Of a stretch of 64,000 nucleotides of DNA, positions 61,413 to 64,000 are shown one piece after another. The DNA is taken from positions 80,065 through 144,064 of the forward strand of contig CAVUQZ010000003.1 in assembly GCA_963743795.1 (NCBI GenBank), in the 5' to 3' direction. This DNA is from an uncultured Chloroflexia bacterium. Lineage in GTDB: Bacteria; Chloroflexota; Limnocylindria; Limnocylindrales; CSP1-4. The notes under the pieces were generated by a model that worked only from the letters and a program-made list of their open reading frames with translations, searched no databases and was not told the DNA's origin. Made by a program: the position numbers and the translations under genes. Every line of letters starts with the position of its first letter. The stretch's first letter is position 1.

Positions 61413-62357
61413 ATGCGGCTGAGCGAGTGGCAGAAGGCGGCCCCAACTCGAGACTCGATGAACAATCGGGTCGTGGCCGTCCTCAGGCCGGTCCTGACCA
61501 ACCTCGGGGCAAATGCCGACCCTGAATGCTGGGTCGCGTGGGGCGAGGATCCGGGACTTCGCTATTCGGTTCTCGCTCCGACTGTGATCGGGCTGATCAC
61601 GGCGGCCGTCAGGCCCTCGAGTCCGAACGAGGGACCGCGAGCCACCGCCAAGCTGATCCGATGGTCCAAGCTTTCGGTCAGCGAGCTTGGCATCGAAGCC
61701 AGCGGCGGCCACCGGCTGGTAGCCGTCCAGGTGGAATCGCACGTCCTGAAGGGAGTGGACGAGGAGGCCGACCGGATCTGCGAGTTCGTTCGGGGTCTGA
61801 TTGCGGCCGTAGACGGTCGCAGTCCTCAGCCGATCCCGACCGTTCTGGTCTCAGCCGCGGCCCCAAAGGCCGCTGCCGCGGAGGCGATCGCTCCGTCCGG
61901 TGCCAGAGCCGCGGCCGGGCCGAAGTCGAGAAAGCTACCCGGTGCTGCAGTCCCCAGGCGACTGCCAGCCGCTCCCTCCGCTGGGGCGGCCGTCGCGGGT
62001 CGGGTCGCCTCCGGGTCGAGCCGTGCCGGCGGACGGGCTTCGGGCAGGCCAGCCCGTGCGCCATCGATCAAGCGCGTCGCGACGCCCGTCAGCGGAGCCG
62101 TGGCCGTCGCGTCTGCGCCCCAGGCCGCCGCAAGCGCGGCGCCTCCGAAAATGATCCCTGCCCGGGTGCCAACTCACCGGCGCCGCTTGCATCCGGACAA
62201 GGGAGCCGGCCCGGCCGCTCCGAGCGTCGCGAAAGAGGTTCCGGCTCGACGCGAGCAGCCCGAGCCCGAGCCGGCTCGCTCCGAGTGGATCAGTCCACAC
62301 CCTATCGAGGAGGCGCCCTCTCGCGAGGAGAAACGGCCGCGCCCCTGGACGCCGTGA
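61413..62357 (+). CDS. Hypothetical protein: roughly 140-aa globular N-domain plus a long Ala/Pro/Arg-rich disordered tail
   Basis: GGAGG lies 7 nt before ATG 61413. I recognise no family. Confidence 0.45.
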   Translation: MRLSEWQKAAPTRDSMNNRVVAVLRPVLTNLGANADPECWVAWGEDPGLRYSVLAPTVIGLITAAVRPSSPNEGPRATAKLIRWSKLSVSELGIEASGGHRLVAVQVESHVLKGVDEEADRICEFVRGLIAAVDGRSPQPIPTVLVSAAAPKAAAAEAIAPSGARAAAGPKSRKLPGAAVPRRLPAAPSAGAAVAGRVASGSSRAGGRASGRPARAPSIKRVATPVSGAVAVASAPQAAASAAPPKMIPARVPTHRRRLHPDKGAGPAAPSVAKEVPARREQPEPEPARSEWISPHPIEEAPSREEKRPRPWTP

Positions 62358-62560
62358 CGCCGCATTCGGAGGGAGCGGTGGCGCGGCGGACGCGATCGCG
62401 CTCGAGCGGACGGTGACATAGAGGGCCCTCCCGAAGGTCGGGCCTCTGACTTGTCCGGGGCCTATCCAGCAGGCGATTGGCGCGTCGGAACGCCTGGTCG
62501 GATGGGGCGAACGGCCAATCTGGTCAGCCCATCCGACTTGCGCGTGCCGGCAGCGCCCGG

Positions 62561-63548
62561 CTATCTCTTCGAAGCGAGACCCAGCAACCCTCCAACGGCG
62601 GCCGCGACGCCCGCGCCGGCGCCAACGTAGAGGCCGTAGCCCATGGACACGATTGAGAAGCCGGTGGTCAGATCGTTGACGTGGTTGTAGGCGACGAACT
62701 CGACGCCCAGTACGACCGCTCCGCCGGCGACGGCGCCCAGGCTCATCAGCATTCTGGAGCTGGACGTCTTGACCAGTCCGAGCAGCACGACGAGCCCGCA
62801 GACTGCGGCCACTGCACCCGCGGCGATCAGGTAGTAGCCGTTCGCGAGATCGCTGGTGTCCGACGTCTGCTCGATCGGCTTGATCAACGAGTCGCCGCTG
62901 GTGGTGACGGCCCAGGGCAGCCACGCTGAACCGATGGCAACGGCGCCGCCGGCGAGGGCGAGGAGAGGCGCCAGCATCCCGGCGCCGGTGGCCGCAGGTG
63001 CCGCGACGGCGGGAGCCGCCAGCGGAGCCGCGTACGGCTGAGTTCCGTATTGCGGTGGGTACTGCCCCGGGTATTGCCCCGGGTATTGCGGTGGGTACTG
63101 CCCTGGAGCCGGGTACTGCGGAGCCGGGTACTGCGGAGCCGGGTACTGCGGACCGCCCGCGGGTGGCGTGTGGCGGAGCCTGCATGGCAGGTGCCTGAGG
63201 CCAGGCCGGTGCGGCGGCCGGCGGTACTGGAGTTGCCGACCACGCGGGTGCTGCGGCTGGAGGAGCTGCAGGCGTCTGGGCCCAGGCAGGTGCGGCCGGC
63301 GCTTCGACCGGGGCGACCGGCGCTTCGACCGGGGCGACCGGCGCTTCGACCGGGGCGGTCGGGGCAGGCGCTGCGGCCGTCTGGTCCCAGGGCGGCGGGG
63401 CAGGCGGCTCCTCCTGCGGCGGTGGCGGCACTGCCGCAAAGTCGTTGCTAGGCTGGACGGGCGCCTGGGCCTCGGGAAGCTGCGCTCCGCATTTGGCGCA
63501 GAACTTGCCGGGACTGTCGATCTGGGCGCCGCAACTAGGGCAGACCAT
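62561..63548 (-). CDS. Zinc-ribbon protein, repeat-rich Pro/Gln/Tyr linker, C-terminal multi-TM domain; frame broken around 63176-63182
   Basis: 'MVCPSCGAQIDSPGKFCAKCG' (GGAGG SD), 'APVEAPVAPVEAPVAPVEAP', then a shift into 'GPQYPAPQYPAPQYPAPGQYPPQYPGQYPGQYPPQY', followed by four TM helices (ORF 62561..63439). Confidence 0.65.
63065..63150. repeat. Short tandem repeats: 2 x 12 nt (63065-63088) and 3 x 15 nt 'GAGCCGGGTACTGCG' (63106-63150)
   Basis: Read directly. They encode the QYP(A/G)P repeats on the minus strand. Confidence 0.85.
63296..63358. repeat. Tandem repeat, 3 x 21 nt 'CCGGCGCTTCGACCGGGGCGA'
   Basis: Read directly. It encodes (APVEAPV)x3 on the minus strand. Confidence 0.85.
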
Positions 63549-63830
63549 GACGACCTCCGCTTCTCGAATAGTGCGTATGAAGGCGGTGTCTCGCGGACCG
63601 TGCCTCAAGACGATACGGGACCCCACGAGTACCTGCAGGGCCATTTGGCACTTCCGGTGAGCGGGTCGCACAGGTATTCGAGCGGCTAGTATTCGCCGCG
63701 GGGGAGCGTGGCCGGAATTCGGCCCAGTCTCAAGCCCGGCGGGCCCGTCAGCCAGGAGCAAGTGCACGTGGTTGCGTCGGATCGCGGTGGAGCCGAATCC
63801 TCCCAGCCAGCGCCGGACGGGGCTGGGCAC

Positions 63831-64000
63831 ATGAGATGGCGCTACTGGCTTGGGCCCGGACGAAGGCCCGATTCGCGGCAGCTCGCATTGGCGGCGGCGG
63901 CCCTGATCATTGCCGTCGCAATCGCGGCTCTCGCGGGCTGGGGGCTGGGCCTGCCGCTCCTCGCCAGCTGGCTGCCCGGCCTGGTGCAGACCAAGGTCAA
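63831..64000 (+). CDS. N-terminus of a membrane protein, possibly a sensor (runs off the window)
   Basis: From ATG 63831: 'MRWRYWLGPGRRPDSRQLALAAAALIIAVAIAALAGWGLGLPLLASWLPGLVQTKV'. This resembles N-termini of sensor kinases/cyclases. It is not in the ORF track because there is no stop in the window. Confidence 0.3.
   Translation, partial: MRWRYWLGPGRRPDSRQLALAAAALIIAVAIAALAGWGLGLPLLASWLPGLVQTKV

Noticed and set aside
61935-63830. The 631-aa minus-strand ORF spanning the zinc-ribbon gene and beyond.
   Set aside because: Only the segment from ATG 63548 to about 63180 is meaningful (zinc ribbon plus APVE repeats). Upstream and downstream parts are Arg-rich nonsense. The real C-terminus (QYP repeats and TM helices) is in ORF 62561..63439.

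Overview
High-G+C bacterial chromosomal window (GC judged by eye, not computed; gene content fits a Chloroflexota/Actinomycetota-like lineage). It is densely coding on both strands and mostly core or housekeeping. Genes I can support include recO, glyQS, an NfnAB/SudAB-type oxidoreductase pair, ppdK, a GH53 galactanase, manA, gad, murJ, dnaG-rpoD, tRNA-Asn, leuA, mntH and an OTCase/carbamate kinase operon. Membrane, envelope and regulatory genes lie between them. I found no CRISPR array, transposase, integrase, rRNA or recognisable defence system.

The most interesting points are:
- A 431-aa XRE-HTH/TPR regulator sits divergent from a mini-ORF that has its own promoter and Shine-Dalgarno (SD) site and looks like a signal-peptide pro-peptide. 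This is a candidate RRNPP/Rgg-style peptide-signalling cassette.
- A leaderless Leu-codon attenuator lies upstream of leuA.
- MurJ is fused to an extracytoplasmic papain-like domain.
- A cluster of TTGACA palindromes lies in the dnaG-rpoD leader.
- An intact membrane-anchored ORF is followed by a decayed tandem paralogue.
- At least ten frame breaks occur in otherwise intact genes. This looks like indel error in the assembly and affects how every ORF here should be read.

Most long ORFs antisense to real genes in the supplied track are GC-driven shadow ORFs.
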